Origin: Octopus sinensis
Lineage: Eukaryota
NCBI RefSeq assembly: GCF_006345805.1
Contig: NC_043005.1
Coordinates: 73,594,001-73,658,000, forward strand
Direction: 5' to 3'
DNA: 64,000 bases
Below are positions 51,440 to 64,000 of this stretch, one piece after another. The notes beneath the pieces were generated by a model. The model searched no databases, was not told the origin of the DNA, and saw only the letters and a program-made list of their open reading frames with translations. Positions within the stretch are counted from its first letter, which is position 1. Each line of letters begins with the position of its first letter. Made by a program: the position numbers and the translations under genes.

Positions 51440-51895
51440 ACTTTCTCAAGGAAAGGAGCAACGTTTTATATTTGAATTTGGTATCATGTCACCGACAGGT
51501 TTAAATGAATATCTTCTTTCTACCTCTTCACTTCATCTTGGTTCATTGAACCCTTTCCTATATTTTACCTCACCTCTCACCTCATTTTTTCCTGTCACTT
51601 CACTCTCGTCTAAACCCGCTTCTTATCGTCATCCATTCCACAATTTTTCTTTGTTTCTCTCTCCTACCACATCCTGTTCACGAATGAAGATCCCGTGGTC
51701 CTGCGCCCCTTATCTGTTGCAGCCATTTTTGTAACTTTAGGGGATATAAAACTCTTCTAAGTAACATGCAATTTTTGTAACTTTAAACTCTTCTAAGTAA
51801 CATGCCATTTTTGTAACTTTAAACTCTTCTAAGTAACATGCATTACTTTCCAGTCAATTTCTCCTGAAGAATGTCTCCGTCCGAAACTTTGAATT
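51440..51895 (+). mobile_element. Decayed PLE 3' end (GIY-YIG C-terminus, pyrimidine-rich UTR, 36-bp tandem repeats, HHR relic)
   Basis: KEQRFIFEFGIMSPTGLNE; CTGAAGA 51864-70 ... GAAAC 51883-87; three ~36-bp repeats at 51724-51843. Confidence 0.55.
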
Positions 51896-52539
51896 TTTCA
51901 CATGCACGGTAATTTCACCATACTCTTTTTACCCATTATACAAAAATATTCGAGTCTTGTCGACGCAGACAGCACCCCGTCTCTTCGGAGTCTGTTCAGA
52001 CAAATAAATATGTTTTACACTAAAACTCCTTTATTATCATTGGTAATATGGCCATCGCAATCACGTATCTAAATGTGATAGCTTAATTAATAAATATCGA
52101 TTAATGCACAAATTCATCACATTTTTGCAATGCGTTCCTTACCCAGTTACCATGTAACTAAGACAAAATCCGATGACACAAAATTTCATCACAAATGTAA
52201 AGTTATTGTTCAAACATACGTGTTTCCCGTTTATTCAGTTACTCTTAGATATTATTCTATATTCTCACGTGTTATTCTTTGGAGAGATAAGTTTTGTATT
52301 ATCGATCTGTTGGTTTTTCTAGTTCTTTAAACAGACATTTTTCTTCAAATAAACATTTTTATTGAATAAATTTGGATTCTAATTTCTTTTTTAATCAAAG
52401 CAGAATGGAAACGGATTAGTTGTTGGAGCCAATACCATGGATGCAGACAGGTTTTGCAGATCAATTTACCAAAAATGTAATTATTTTGGTAATTTTAGCA
52501 AGTTGATTTGCTTTCTTTCATTCTATCTTTCTTTTTCTT

Positions 52540-53189
<650 letters not shown>

Positions 53190-53190
53190 T

Positions 53191-53489
53191 TGAGTGAGAG
53201 AGCAGTGCATGCCATCAAAGTGACACTGGGGTAAAATATACGAAGCCCAGTACACCCATTATGACTACCCATCTGATAAGGGTACACTAGTCACATGCAT
53301 CACAACCATATAGCACGCCGGACAAAATACTCAGCGTCTACCTTAACGTTCTGAATTCAAATTCCACTGAAGTCGACTTTATCATTCATCATTTCGGGTG
53401 TCGATAACTTAAGTAGCAGTTGAGTACTGGGTTCCATGTTGACTACCTCCCTAACCCAACTTTCAAGCCTTGTACCTATAATAGAAGGG

Positions 53490-53543
<54 letters not shown>

Positions 53544-53960
53544 GTTATTGAGTGAGAGAGCAGCGCATGCCATCAAAGTGACACTGGGGTAATACATACG
53601 AAGCTCAGTATACCCATCATGACTACCTGTCTGATAAGGGTACACCAGGCACATGCATCACAACCATGTCTGCGTGACATGGTGATCTCATATCAAGATA
53701 AACAGCACATGACCTTGCAGGTGAAACCCAGTTAGAATTTTCTTCTGGTCGAGTAACCCATCCCGTTCAAAAAGTCCCTGAATAAGGACTGTGTAAGGAT
53801 GTTGAACGAACCACCAATGTTTCCAGAGGTGAATTATTAAAACCCCAAAGAATCCCTCTCGACACATGGCTCTGGGGCTCGTCCACTACTTCTGCTCGTG
53901 ATCAGAGATGCACATATCGTCAGCCAGTAAGAGACATGGTCAACTGGTTAAGGTCAAACA
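53191..53960 (-). mobile_element. Two partial copies of the (AAT)n-embedded element, with a SINE A at ~53314-53490 between them
   Basis: Reverse complement of the 3' part of 40793-41310. Confidence 0.7.
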
Positions 53961-54029
53961 CTTTCTTCCTACACCTCGATCCTTAGATCTTACATTTATA
54001 TAATAATGCATATACGTATATATGTATAC

Positions 54030-54552
54030 TTTATATATATATTGTGACACCCTTCGGTCATTAATGACCATGGAATTGCACCTAGAAAGTTACCCTCCGA
54101 GGCACAAGTCTGGGCAAGGTTGTTTATGGAAGACCAGTAGTCGCCCACGCATACCGGCTTCCCCTCTCCACGCCACCGATGTTATCCAAGGGAAAGGCAA
54201 AGGCCGATACAGCTTGACACTCGTGACGTCGCAGCTCATTTATTAACGTGCAAGTGGCTGAGCACTCCACAGACACATGTACCATTAACGTAGTTCTCGA
54301 GGAGATTCAGCATGACTCAGTGTGACAAGGATGGCCTTTTGAAATACAGCTTCAACAGAAACAGGAAGAGAGAGTGCGAGAAAGTTTTGGTGAAAGAGTA
54401 CAGCAAGGTTCACCACCACGTCCTGCCGGAGCCTCGTGAGGCTTTAAGTATTTTCGCTCAATAAACACTCACAATGCCCGGTCTGGGAATCGAAACCGAG
54501 ATCCTGCGACCGCGAGGCCGCTGCCCTAACCACTGGACCATTGCGCTTCCAC
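54030..54552 (-). mobile_element. SINE family C (54244-54552) plus 3' part of another SINE-like repeat (~54030-54240)
   Basis: Reverse complement of the 16579-16964 head and body. Confidence 0.7.
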
Positions 54553-55526
54553 ACATACACACACACACACACGGACACACATACACATACGCGCGCGTGT
54601 GTGTGTGTAACTTAAAATAATAAGGGTGAAAAATTGAATATTGATTTGAATAAGTATCAATCTAAACCAGTGGTCTAGTATATAAAAAATCTGAAGATTC
54701 AGAAGAATTATATTGCATACATATAAGAAGGATGACCACTAAGTGGACATCCATTATGCTATATGTCGACCCCCTATGGTTTTACCACTAAGAAAGGAAT
54801 GTTCTCAAGAAAATTTAGCAAACGCCAGAACGTAAGCGAGCAAGACAAATGAAAAGATACAAAATATACACAAACCCAGTTTCGTTGTTACCACTTACGT
54901 AATATTTACGTAAATGTCCGCAATTCATCAGTGTGATCGTCATAGCAAAATGTGATTTGCAGAACTATACACGAGGCATCCGCATGAGATTAAATATATA
55001 TATAGTTCTACCAATTACCATTTGGGGTTTTTTTTTCAAAAGTCTTCGTTATGGCGCGCCAAAATACCGGAAATAATTCTGCAGAAAATAATTCACTGCA
55101 GTGAATTTTGCCGGTTAGAGAACTTATTTATTTAAATTTAAATTTAAAATAATAAGAGTGAAAAATTGAATATTAATTTGATTAATATCAATTTAAAACC
55201 AGTGGTCTAGCATATAGAAAAATCTGAAGATCCAGAAAAATTATATTAGGGAGAGTCTGAGAGACCCTGCGTATGGGCTACAAAGGATGGTCGGAGTTGA
55301 AAACAGAGAGGTGGGAGAGGAAAGCAGAGAGAGAGAGAGGAGTAGACAGGAGGAACGGGGAAATGGTGATGGGGCTGTTAAAGATGAGGAGCACGAACGC
55401 TATACAGTGAACCCTGATACTGTGGTGAGTGGACATACAAGGGAAATTAACCTTGTTTGAAAAGGTATTTGTGTTCGAAGGGAAGAAAAATGTATACTTA
55501 GTGGTCATCCCTCTTATATATATGTA

Positions 55527-55566
<40 letters not shown>

Positions 55567-55682
55567 CACTTGACCACGTGACCGACCAGGCTATCAGATG
55601 TTGCTACACATCGCTGGTCACAATGCGCTTCGCATTGTTTTAGCCTTCAAATGACACCACCTCGCTGACTAAGCGAGCAGGT

Positions 55683-55735
<53 letters not shown>

Positions 55736-55929
55736 TAGCGTTCTGTCAATCGCTATACAAATCCATCATTTTTTGCTAAAATGTCTTATTGACGAGTTTC
55801 GTTTTTTCACTTTCCCGAAGAGAAGATTGCATTGTTTATACCATTTATTCTTTTGAATAGTATCAATGGAATTTTCGAAACATGTATCGAAAGTAAAAAT
55901 ATTTGATTTACACCTGCGTTAAACTCCAT

Positions 55930-56135
55930 TTATTTATTCATATATATCTCGTGAGCACCGCCAGCAATTTTTTTTCCTCTGTCTTCCCTTCTCGGGATCT
56001 TTCCTTCTCCTTTGTTTCCGACGAAAAGCTCCGCTCGAAACGTTAAACCCTCCTTCTTTCCTGAGCTCTCCAATAATACTTTATTTGTTCCACGTCCTCG
56101 CGTTACTGTGTTTTTTTGTGTTTTCTTGTTTAGAT

Positions 56136-56140
<5 letters not shown>
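55930..56140 (+). mobile_element. PLE-type 3' end with decayed minimal HHR (core 56018-24)
   Basis: GTTT-CCGACGA-AAAG-CTCCG-CTC-GAAA-CG-TT-AAAC; downstream sequence matches the 27.2-kb copies; ends in (TA)n. Confidence 0.6.
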
Positions 56141-56201
<61 letters not shown>

Positions 56202-58798
56202 TGTATATTCGTATGCATAGTGCAACCAAGTAAATCTTCCTTTGTTCGTTTGTTGTTGTTGTTTTATGCTAGATCGTTTATCTGCTGCACCTTTACTTTA
56301 ATAAACTGGCCACAGTTCTTCGTGCTGGTCTGTCTAGTTAACTTCATTTCCGTTGTTATTCTGCTTCTTTATTTTCTTTGCGTTTTTTTCACGTCTTTCT
56401 TTTCTAAGTTTCTCAAAAATTAGTAAAACGTATATATTTTTGTTCTGATATTTTATTTATTTTTCTCTTTTATCGAGTATCAGTCAAGATTTGCTTTCGT
56501 TATGTGTCGTTCCAAAGGCAAGAAGATTCGATTCCTGATCCTAACTGATATTATTTATCATCGAGTTAAATTACTGCACTTTCATTAAATCCTATCAAAT
56601 CCAGCGATCTTGAATTTTACGGGTTTTGAAAGAGCAATTAATTTGAAATACATTGTTACAATAAAACATAATAAAATGACACATACGTGAAAAAATTTAC
56701 CATTTATTTTCTTGCTGCTTGTTCCGACTCTGTTACCATCTAATAACAGATATCTACTGCGAGGACCATTACAAAGGGATTTTTGTTGTAGATTTCTAAA
56801 ATAAAGGTATTTTATTAAACAGTTCCTACAACTTGTATTCGATTTTTATCGACGGGCCCTTATGCTATGAGTTCAAATTCCACTGAAATCAACCTTGTTT
56901 GTTATCCTCCCGATGTCCACAAACTATATGCCATTATTTTGCTGGATGTGCTATTTAGTCGAATGTGCTCTCCACGCAAACATATTTGTGTAACCTTACC
57001 TAAAACTGTTCCTATGTAAGAAATTAATTGAGATTACATAGAGTTACATGGTTTATATGGGTAAGAAATATACTTTTCCCTTTTACATTCTTGCAGCGGT
57101 TTACGTATGTCTGTTGTTTCAAAGTCTCGGCAAAGTAATATTTACGTTGCTCTGATTTATTATTCAGTGCAATGTAAAGTGAAATGTCAGCAAGAAAGTG
57201 AGGAAGCGACTTTGATACATTTACCAGGAAAACGGGTTCGAGCCAAATTATGAGCAAGTTTCTCTGATATGAAAATATGGATGTAATGTAACGTATTCAA
57301 ATTCATTAAAACTTTTCCTACACAGTTGTTCAGTAGATGAATAATATAAGTAGACTATGACTTCAGTTTCATTCAGCATTCAAATCTGTTTAAATATTGT
57401 CTTAAATATCAACTCAGAAGTGACATAGTGTATAAGAAAAAAATGCAGTTTTAGATGTTCTCTCATAAGTATGAACCGTTGTTAATAACCATAATGACAT
57501 TCTACTATTTTAAGAAAGAAACACTTGTCAAAAATACAATTAAAATGAAAAGGAATTCATAGTACTCTATTAATTTCCAATAGTCGTACAGTTTTCAAAA
57601 TAATCGAGTAATTTCCACGAGTACTTCTAGCTAATATCAATTATAGAAATAAGTGTATATAACTTTCTTGTAGTTTCCATCAGAGCTGGAATAAAACAGG
57701 AATTTAGAGTCCATTCTTCGGTGCCGATTCACTGCTGTTGTTAATACTTTGGGAAAAGCCGTGAACATAACAATTTCCATGTTAATCCTTCACTAAACAA
57801 CAGAATATTTATTAACAAATAGATATACTGAAATATAATCATATTTATTTCACCAGGCTGTGCATAATCCATAGGTTCCTTTTTCACTACCTTGAGATAG
57901 GAACGCAATTGTCCTGTTTTGTGGTAATTACAGTTCATCGGGACTGGCTTAATGTTTTCTTCCGGTATAATAAGAGGATTCAATGCATTAAAAATACAGT
58001 TCTGCGCACCATAACTCATTTACATAATGGCGCACCACAGACAACCAGAAATAATTACCAGGTTAGAAATCCATAGACATTTCTATTCACAACATACGCT
58101 ATATTGATTCTGTAGATATTATTGCCGAACTCTCAATCATGTAGCAGTGTGCAAATGAATTTTACCAAGAATATTTTTGCTTACATGTGTATAAGTAACC
58201 CTTTGCTTCTTTATTTCTATATCTTGGGACGAATCGATAAACCCTGACAAAAGGATAAGATACCAAAGCTATTCGGTAGAATCATTATCCCTAGTTTCCA
58301 AAAATACCATGTACTGACCTAAGTTTTCATTAGTATATGACTAAAATATATGTGTGTGTGTGCGCACGCGCGCGCGTGTGTGTGTGTGTGTATTTCAATG
58401 TGCACAAATAACACAGAAAAATTAATAGTTACCAGGGTATCAAAAATTCCTCTAGGTGCCAAGGATGTTACAGCCTACTTATAAAGGTAGAAATTCTAGG
58501 GTTTAGTGAAATGTTTTTGTCAAATGGAGTTAAATGAAGGTGTTATTCAAATCTTATACTTCCGACATATGTTTCGAAGCAAACATGGGTATTATTCCTG
58601 AAAGAATAAAATGATGTAAAACAATGTAATTATCAAATTTTTATATTTGGCATTAGAATTTTTCTTTTGCCCTTTTCTTGTAAATCATTTATAAATTTAA
58701 CCTTTAAAGGTATTTTTTGATATGCCGGCCATTGATAACATTTTTTCCCGAAAAAATTTTATCCTACATTAGTTATATATATGTATATATATATATAT

Positions 58799-58875
<77 letters not shown>

Positions 58876-58939
58876 TTACACTCATTTATATTTATATATA
58901 TATGTGTGTGTGTGTGTGTGTGCGTGTGAGTGAGTATAA

Positions 58940-59092
58940 TAGGCTTCTATCAGTTTCCTTCTACGAAACCCACCTATAAAACATTGGTCGAGGAGAAAAC
59001 ACTTGCCTAATATACCACGCAGTGGAACTGAACCTGGAACAGAATGGTAGGGAAGAAAGCGTCTTCACTACAGCAACACCTACGTCAACATA
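58940..59092 (-). mobile_element. SINE family B, partial
   Basis: Similarity to 14435-14600. Confidence 0.6.
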
Positions 59093-59955
59093 TGTATACG
59101 TTTATAAGGTGCTCTGCATAAGCACTATCGACTGCCCCCTCACCAAAAATTTCGGGCCATGTGCCTAGAGTAGAAAAGAATATACATATATATATATATA
59201 TATATATAATGTTAATAAAAGAAAATGAAAAAAATATAATAGAGGCTCGTTTCATTTTATTTGTATCACAATGGAAAAGTTATGCAAATTAATGCATTTG
59301 ACGTTTTAGCAACGTTTCAACGATCAATACCTAATCACATGAACTCCGCGTCCCAATAAGTTGTTGCTTACATTTGAAAATTTCTAAACACAATCCTCAA
59401 ATTAGTCATTTCGTTATTCAAAACCGAAAAATATACTTACTTTTCCCTGAAGGTACCCGGCAATATATGGCTTATTACATCTATTATAATTTTAATGATG
59501 ATGATTCTTACATACTGTCAGATTGAAGTATGTGTAGCATTTTTTTTCGGATGTTTTTTTGGTTGTTATGTTGATACAGTTCCCTTTATTTTTATTCTTA
59601 TACGTATCACTTTTACTTTGCATTACTTTTCCATTGTGATATAAATAAAATGAGCCTATTCATTTTCTTTTATTACCTTTACAATTTATGAAACTGTTTA
59701 TACATATATATTGAGGAACTTTCTCTTAAATATACTTGGCATCTGGATTGTTATTAACAATCCTTACGAGGAAATTACATCCTCAATTTGTGTTTGTGTG
59801 CGTGTATATATATATATATATATATATGCACATATATATATGTATGTATGTACGTATGTATATGTATATATATATATGTATATATATGTTTGTGTGTGTG
59901 TATATATGTGTGTGTATGTGAGTATATATATATATACACTGGAGACGAAAATACT

Positions 59956-60186
59956 TAAAACTCCACGAGGCACCGGCAGGGGTGCGGGCGAACCATGCTG
60001 TACTCTTTCACCACATCTTTCTCTCGCTCTTTCTTCCTATTTCTGTTGTACCTGAATTCCAAAGGGGCCAGCCTTGTCACACTCTGTGTCACGCTGAATC
60101 AGCCATTTGCACGTTAATTTCATGAGCAGGCTGTTCCATTCATCGGATCAACTGGAACCCTCGTCGTCCTAACCAACGGAGTGCCA
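59956..60186 (+). mobile_element. SINE family C, partial
   Basis: Similarity to 16685-16960. Confidence 0.75.
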
Positions 60187-60285
60187 CGACGGCGACGATA
60201 TGTGTGTGTGTGTATGTGTGTGCGTTCGCGCGCGTATAGATAATAAAGGTGACTTATTTGCAATTACCCGGTTGCCTAGAGTTAA

Positions 60286-60372
60286 CCCTAGGCTGCAGGG
60301 TAAGGGCCACTGACGAGCATTAACCAAATGCGAAATCACTGTTGATCTGGCTATAGCCCGGATGCTGTAGGG
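60286..60372 (+). ncRNA. Canonical type I hammerhead ribozyme
   Basis: GGCCA-CTGACGA-GCAT(TAACCAA)ATGC-GAAA-TCA(CTGT)TGAT-C|TGGCT; AUC cleavage after C60347; stem I extends through GGG/CCC to CCCTA/TAGGG. Confidence 0.9.
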
Positions 60373-60627
60373 AGCTTGCCTCCCTCGTCAGTCATAAGAT
60401 AAGTGCGCTCTCGTGGCTAGAAGTTGTTTTTACTCTTATTTATAGCAAAGCTAGTGCTAACTAGTACTCTTAGACACTTTAGTGACGTCTATAGTTCTGC
60501 CATTTGCTTGTAATTTGCGAATAAGCCACATTTATTATTTATAATTTTTTCTTTTACCATTTATGAAATCAACTTGGAATTTCTACGATGACTCTTATAA
60601 ACAAACTGAGACGGCGAGCTAGCGTCA

Positions 60628-60715
60628 CCCTAGGCAGCCGGGTAAAAGCCACTGACGAGCATTAATTAAATGCGATATCATTTGTGATCTGGCTATTCTC
60701 CACGATGCTGTAGGG
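60628..60715 (+). ncRNA. Second type I hammerhead, GAAA mutated to GATA (probably impaired)
   Basis: AGCCA-CTGACGA-GCAT(TAATTAA)ATGC-GATA-TCA(TTTG)TGAT-C|TGGCT; site after C60689. Confidence 0.75.
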
Positions 60716-60809
60716 AACTTGCATCCCTTGTCAGTCAGTGGATAAGTGTTTTCTCATGGCTAAGAGTTGTTTTGATTCTTATTTCTAGCAATGTTGGTAT
60801 ATATATATA

Positions 60810-61098
60810 TATAATCTAAGTAAGCAACAAGAATATCTTCGGTAATTTGGTACAATCGTTTCATGCTACATCATTTTATTAAACATTGTAAGTATTACAT
60901 CAGTTTTAAAATGTTGAGCAATCTTCAGCAATTAACATGGAAATAAGTATATGTATTGTTGGAAAGCGTCTATAAATGACTGAAGATTGCTCAACATTTT
61001 AAAACTGATGTAATACTTACAATGTTTAATAAAATGATGTAGCATGAAACGATCGTACCAAATTACCGAAGATATTCTTGTTGCTTACTTTGATTATA
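60810..61098. repeat. 119-bp inverted repeat (51-bp spacer) with outward-facing long-stem-II HHRs
   Basis: Arms 60810-60928 and 60980-61098; plus strand CTGAAGA 60980-86, TGCT..AGCA, GAAA 61046-49, CGATCG, TA. Confidence 0.85.
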
Positions 61099-61214
61099 AT
61101 CACCCCATGGATTTATATGGATAATACCGTACAAAATTCTTTTGCATCAGACTTAAGTACCATATTCATTTGAATCTCTCTCTATGTATATATATTTCCA
61201 TATGTATATGTATA

Positions 61215-61360
61215 TATAGGAGAATTCACGAAAAATCAAAAGACGAGGACAGGTGGTGTAGAAAACAAACAGATGTATTAGTATAACGCCCGGGAATTGA
61301 AAAGTTTCGAGCCTACGCTCTTCCACAGAAAGGCACACAGAAAGAAACAAGGAGAGAAAA
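61215..61360 (-). mobile_element. PLE-type 3' end with variant-core HHR motif (61298-61333)
   Basis: Minus strand CCTTT-CTGTGGA-A-GAG-CGTAGG-CTC-GAAAC; same family as 45009-45044. Confidence 0.55.
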
Positions 61361-62921
61361 AAATGTGTGTAGTGGCTACCGGTACATACATATATATGCA
61401 GAGAAAGAGGCAGAAGAAGTATTTGTGCCAAGCTACAATAAATCCGTATTATATAGTTTTTTTGAAATATTTATAAACAGTTTTGCCAGTGGCTTTCTAA
61501 TTAGATTGGATAATCTTAAACACGAAAATGAAAGAAGATGCCGCAAAATAGCTTATTACAATAAATGGAAGTTACCGATTTACTTTGTAGAGTTATATAA
61601 CCGTGACTTTTATATACGCAGAAATATGATATTGCTTTATTTATGCCGTTTATAATAGTGTTGACGTCGTTAAGTCAAGTTGAACGTGTTGAATCGCAAT
61701 TCAAACACTGTCTCGGCTCACACGAACTGTTATCTTTCTAGACACATTTTTTAAAGTAAACATCAATATCAAAGAATACCGGTTTACTTTGACTAGGCGA
61801 ATAACAGAGTTGATTGACTTCATAGAAGTGCAGTAACATTAATTATTTTATCTAGCCCGAAGTAAGAAACAGCTGCTGTGTACACCGATGGAATTGCTAT
61901 TCAAAACGGTAATATAAAATATCGTCCACCACGAATGTTTTTGCGAGACTATCACTCTTGAGAACATAACATAATTAATTCAAATGTATGTCTTTTTCTA
62001 AAACTGGTTCTGAGTTGTTAGCATTTTGTCCAATTTCAAGATTTTTTTTTCATTATTATATTATATTATATTATACTATACCTTTTATTTTTCTAATTGC
62101 CTTCATGTATCTCGACCTTATCGTCTCTAATTGGAACTTAATTTCAAGGAAAATTTGAAGGAGTTTTTGTGTGTGTGTGTGTTTTTAGATTTTTTTTTCT
62201 TGCAAAACAAAACTGCCGCATTCATTGCTTTGCTAGTTAGCAATGAGTGTTTCTGTCACTTGAAAATAATTAACATTGCATTCGTAATTTTGTTATTGGC
62301 TAGAATTCTTATGCTTTTGTCATAGTTAAACCGACTAGGCAAAGAGTTAGCTGAATGCTAAACCAATTATAAATGTAAACATTCCACTTAGAACAAAATA
62401 GTTAACCTTTATTGAACTCAATTATTAGTAGTTTCGCTCCTGGAGAAAATTATAATTATTTGTGCAAGTTAATCATGTAACCGCAACAATACGAAGCTCC
62501 ACATAGCTCGCCGTTGCATTTCAACTCATAATGTTTTCTCGATTGTCTTTGGCAGTTTCAGTGTAGGTCATATATAACATTATGTGCGGAATCATTTTAT
62601 GTAATTGTTTAACGCAGTTTTCTAACGTACAAATTCATTGAATCATTTGATCTCGCTGATGTATATGATTGTATAATTTCTATATTTGTTTCAGTACTAG
62701 CTCTTCTTTGATTTTACAATAAAGTAATTTGTGATGTCACAGAGACTTATAAGTTCAAATTTATAAAACTTATTTTCATTATTTTTATTTATTAGTTGTT
62801 ATCGAATCATTCAAGGCAACCGAGTAACAGAGTCGTAACAGCATTGACTGGAATGCATTGCGTTATATTTTTTCCGAGGTTGACTATCTCTTTGAGTTCT
62901 GTCTCGGTGCTAAGCTTGTGC

Positions 62922-62923
<2 letters not shown>

Positions 62924-62961
<38 letters not shown>

Positions 62962-63117
62962 TCCTCTGTCTCACTCCATTCTATTTCTCTCTATATCTCT
63001 CTTTCTCACTCACTCTACCTCGAGTTCCCCTTCTCTCCCTCTCCCTCTCTCCCTCTCTCTCCCTCTCTCTCCCTCTCTCTCCCTCTCTCTCCCTCTACCC
63101 CCCTCTCTCTCTCTCTC
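62924..63117. repeat. (CT)n-rich microsatellite
   Basis: Direct reading. Confidence 0.9.
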
Positions 63118-63499
63118 CATAAATGAAGGAACGAAATTTGCTTAGTGGATGCAAACCCAGGTCCAAACCAAGAGGTTCAGTTAAAGCTTTATCCAAGACA
63201 AGATTGTCTTCTTTTTAGACAGTAGGGGAAAGTTTGAAGTATATATGACGTTCAAATTGCAATGATTACAGCAGAAATAATACAACCCCAAAAAGGTGTC
63301 ACTGAAATCCCTAACTACATAACACACACACAAACACATACGCATGTACATATATATTTTTATACGTGTGTATGTATATAAAGAAGTGGTTTCTGTGAAG
63401 CATTGTGTGGTATAACTTTAAAGGGATTTGTTCCATCCTTACACAACAAATCTCTTTACTATATCTACATATATATACGCACACACTCATACATTTCTA

Positions 63500-63884
63500 G
63501 GAGCACTCCGTCGGTTACAACGATGAGGGTCCCAGCTGATACGATCAACGGAACAGCTTGCTCGTGAAATTAACGTGCAAGTGGCTGAGCATTCCACTGA
63601 CACGTGTACCCTGAACGTAGTTCTCAGGGAGATTCAGCGTGACACAGAGTGTGACAAGGCTGGCACTTTGAAATACAGGTACAACAGAAACAGGAAGAAA
63701 GAGTGAGAGAAAGTTGTGGTGAAAGAGTACAGCAGGGTTCAGCACCCCCCCCCCCTGCCGGAGCCTCGTGGAGCTTTAGGTGTTTTCGCTCAATAAACAC
63801 TCACAATGCCCGGTCTGGGAATCGAAACCGCGATCCTACGACCGCGAGTCCGCTGCCCTAACCACTGGGCCATTGCGCCTCCAC
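63500..63884 (-). mobile_element. SINE family C, full length
   Basis: Reverse complement of 16579-16964. Confidence 0.85.
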
Positions 63885-64000
63885 ACACTCATATATAAGC
63901 ATATCTATACAGATAATGATGGTCCTACCAGTGAGCTAACGAGATTTTTTCGGTGTTGCATGTTTTAGTAGAAACATGCTGCCAAATATATGGTGTCTTA

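Larger units (their letters stand above)
60241..60791 (+). mobile_element. Candidate non-LTR retrozyme: tandem dimer with two type I HHRs, 342-nt unit
   Basis: HHR cores at 60310 and 60652; homologous flanks; 5' inverted fragment 60241-60267. Confidence 0.75.

Noticed and set aside
55566-55683. ~115-bp island in (TA)n with hairpin ACAATGCG-CTT-CGCATTGT
   Set aside because: Most likely a fragment of a common SINE/LINE end; no ribozyme core and no second copy in the window.
57741-58019. 92-aa ORF MSYGAQNC... as a possible exon
   Set aside because: Stop directly upstream of the ATG, weak donor, no recognisable domain.
58560-58610. Minus-strand GAAACATATGTC, resembling the PLE HHR stem III
   Set aside because: No CUGANGA strand found upstream.

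Overview
AT-rich, microsatellite-dense eukaryotic DNA. I found no supportable host gene, so the window is intergenic or intronic. The SINE families and composition point to an octopod cephalopod; this is inference from recognition, not a database result. The dominant feature is an 8.4-kb tail-out palindrome made of two copies of a Penelope-like retroelement (PLE; RT + C-terminal GIY-YIG endonuclease). Its arms are 1539-5584 and 5928-9942, around a 343-bp loop. Each arm ends in a previously unannotated type I hammerhead ribozyme (HHR) with an elongated stem II. HHR motifs recur across the window. They include a tandem dimer at 60.24-60.79 kb with a fully canonical HHR and a 342-nt cleavage-to-cleavage unit (candidate non-LTR retrozyme / circRNA), two small palindromes carrying outward-facing HHRs (39577-39733, 60810-61098), and several minimal or decayed HHRs at PLE-derived 3' ends, mostly beside (TA)n or (GT)n tracts. 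Together they suggest a PLE-driven, ribozyme-processed family of autonomous and non-autonomous elements. The remainder is tRNA-type SINEs (three families), non-autonomous Helitrons, mariner and pogo relics, (AAT)n-embedded R4/Dong-like LINE pieces, two Gypsy LTR relics and simple repeats. Most ORFs in the supplied track are microsatellite artefacts. All alignments and folds were done by eye, and boundaries of decayed repeats are approximate.
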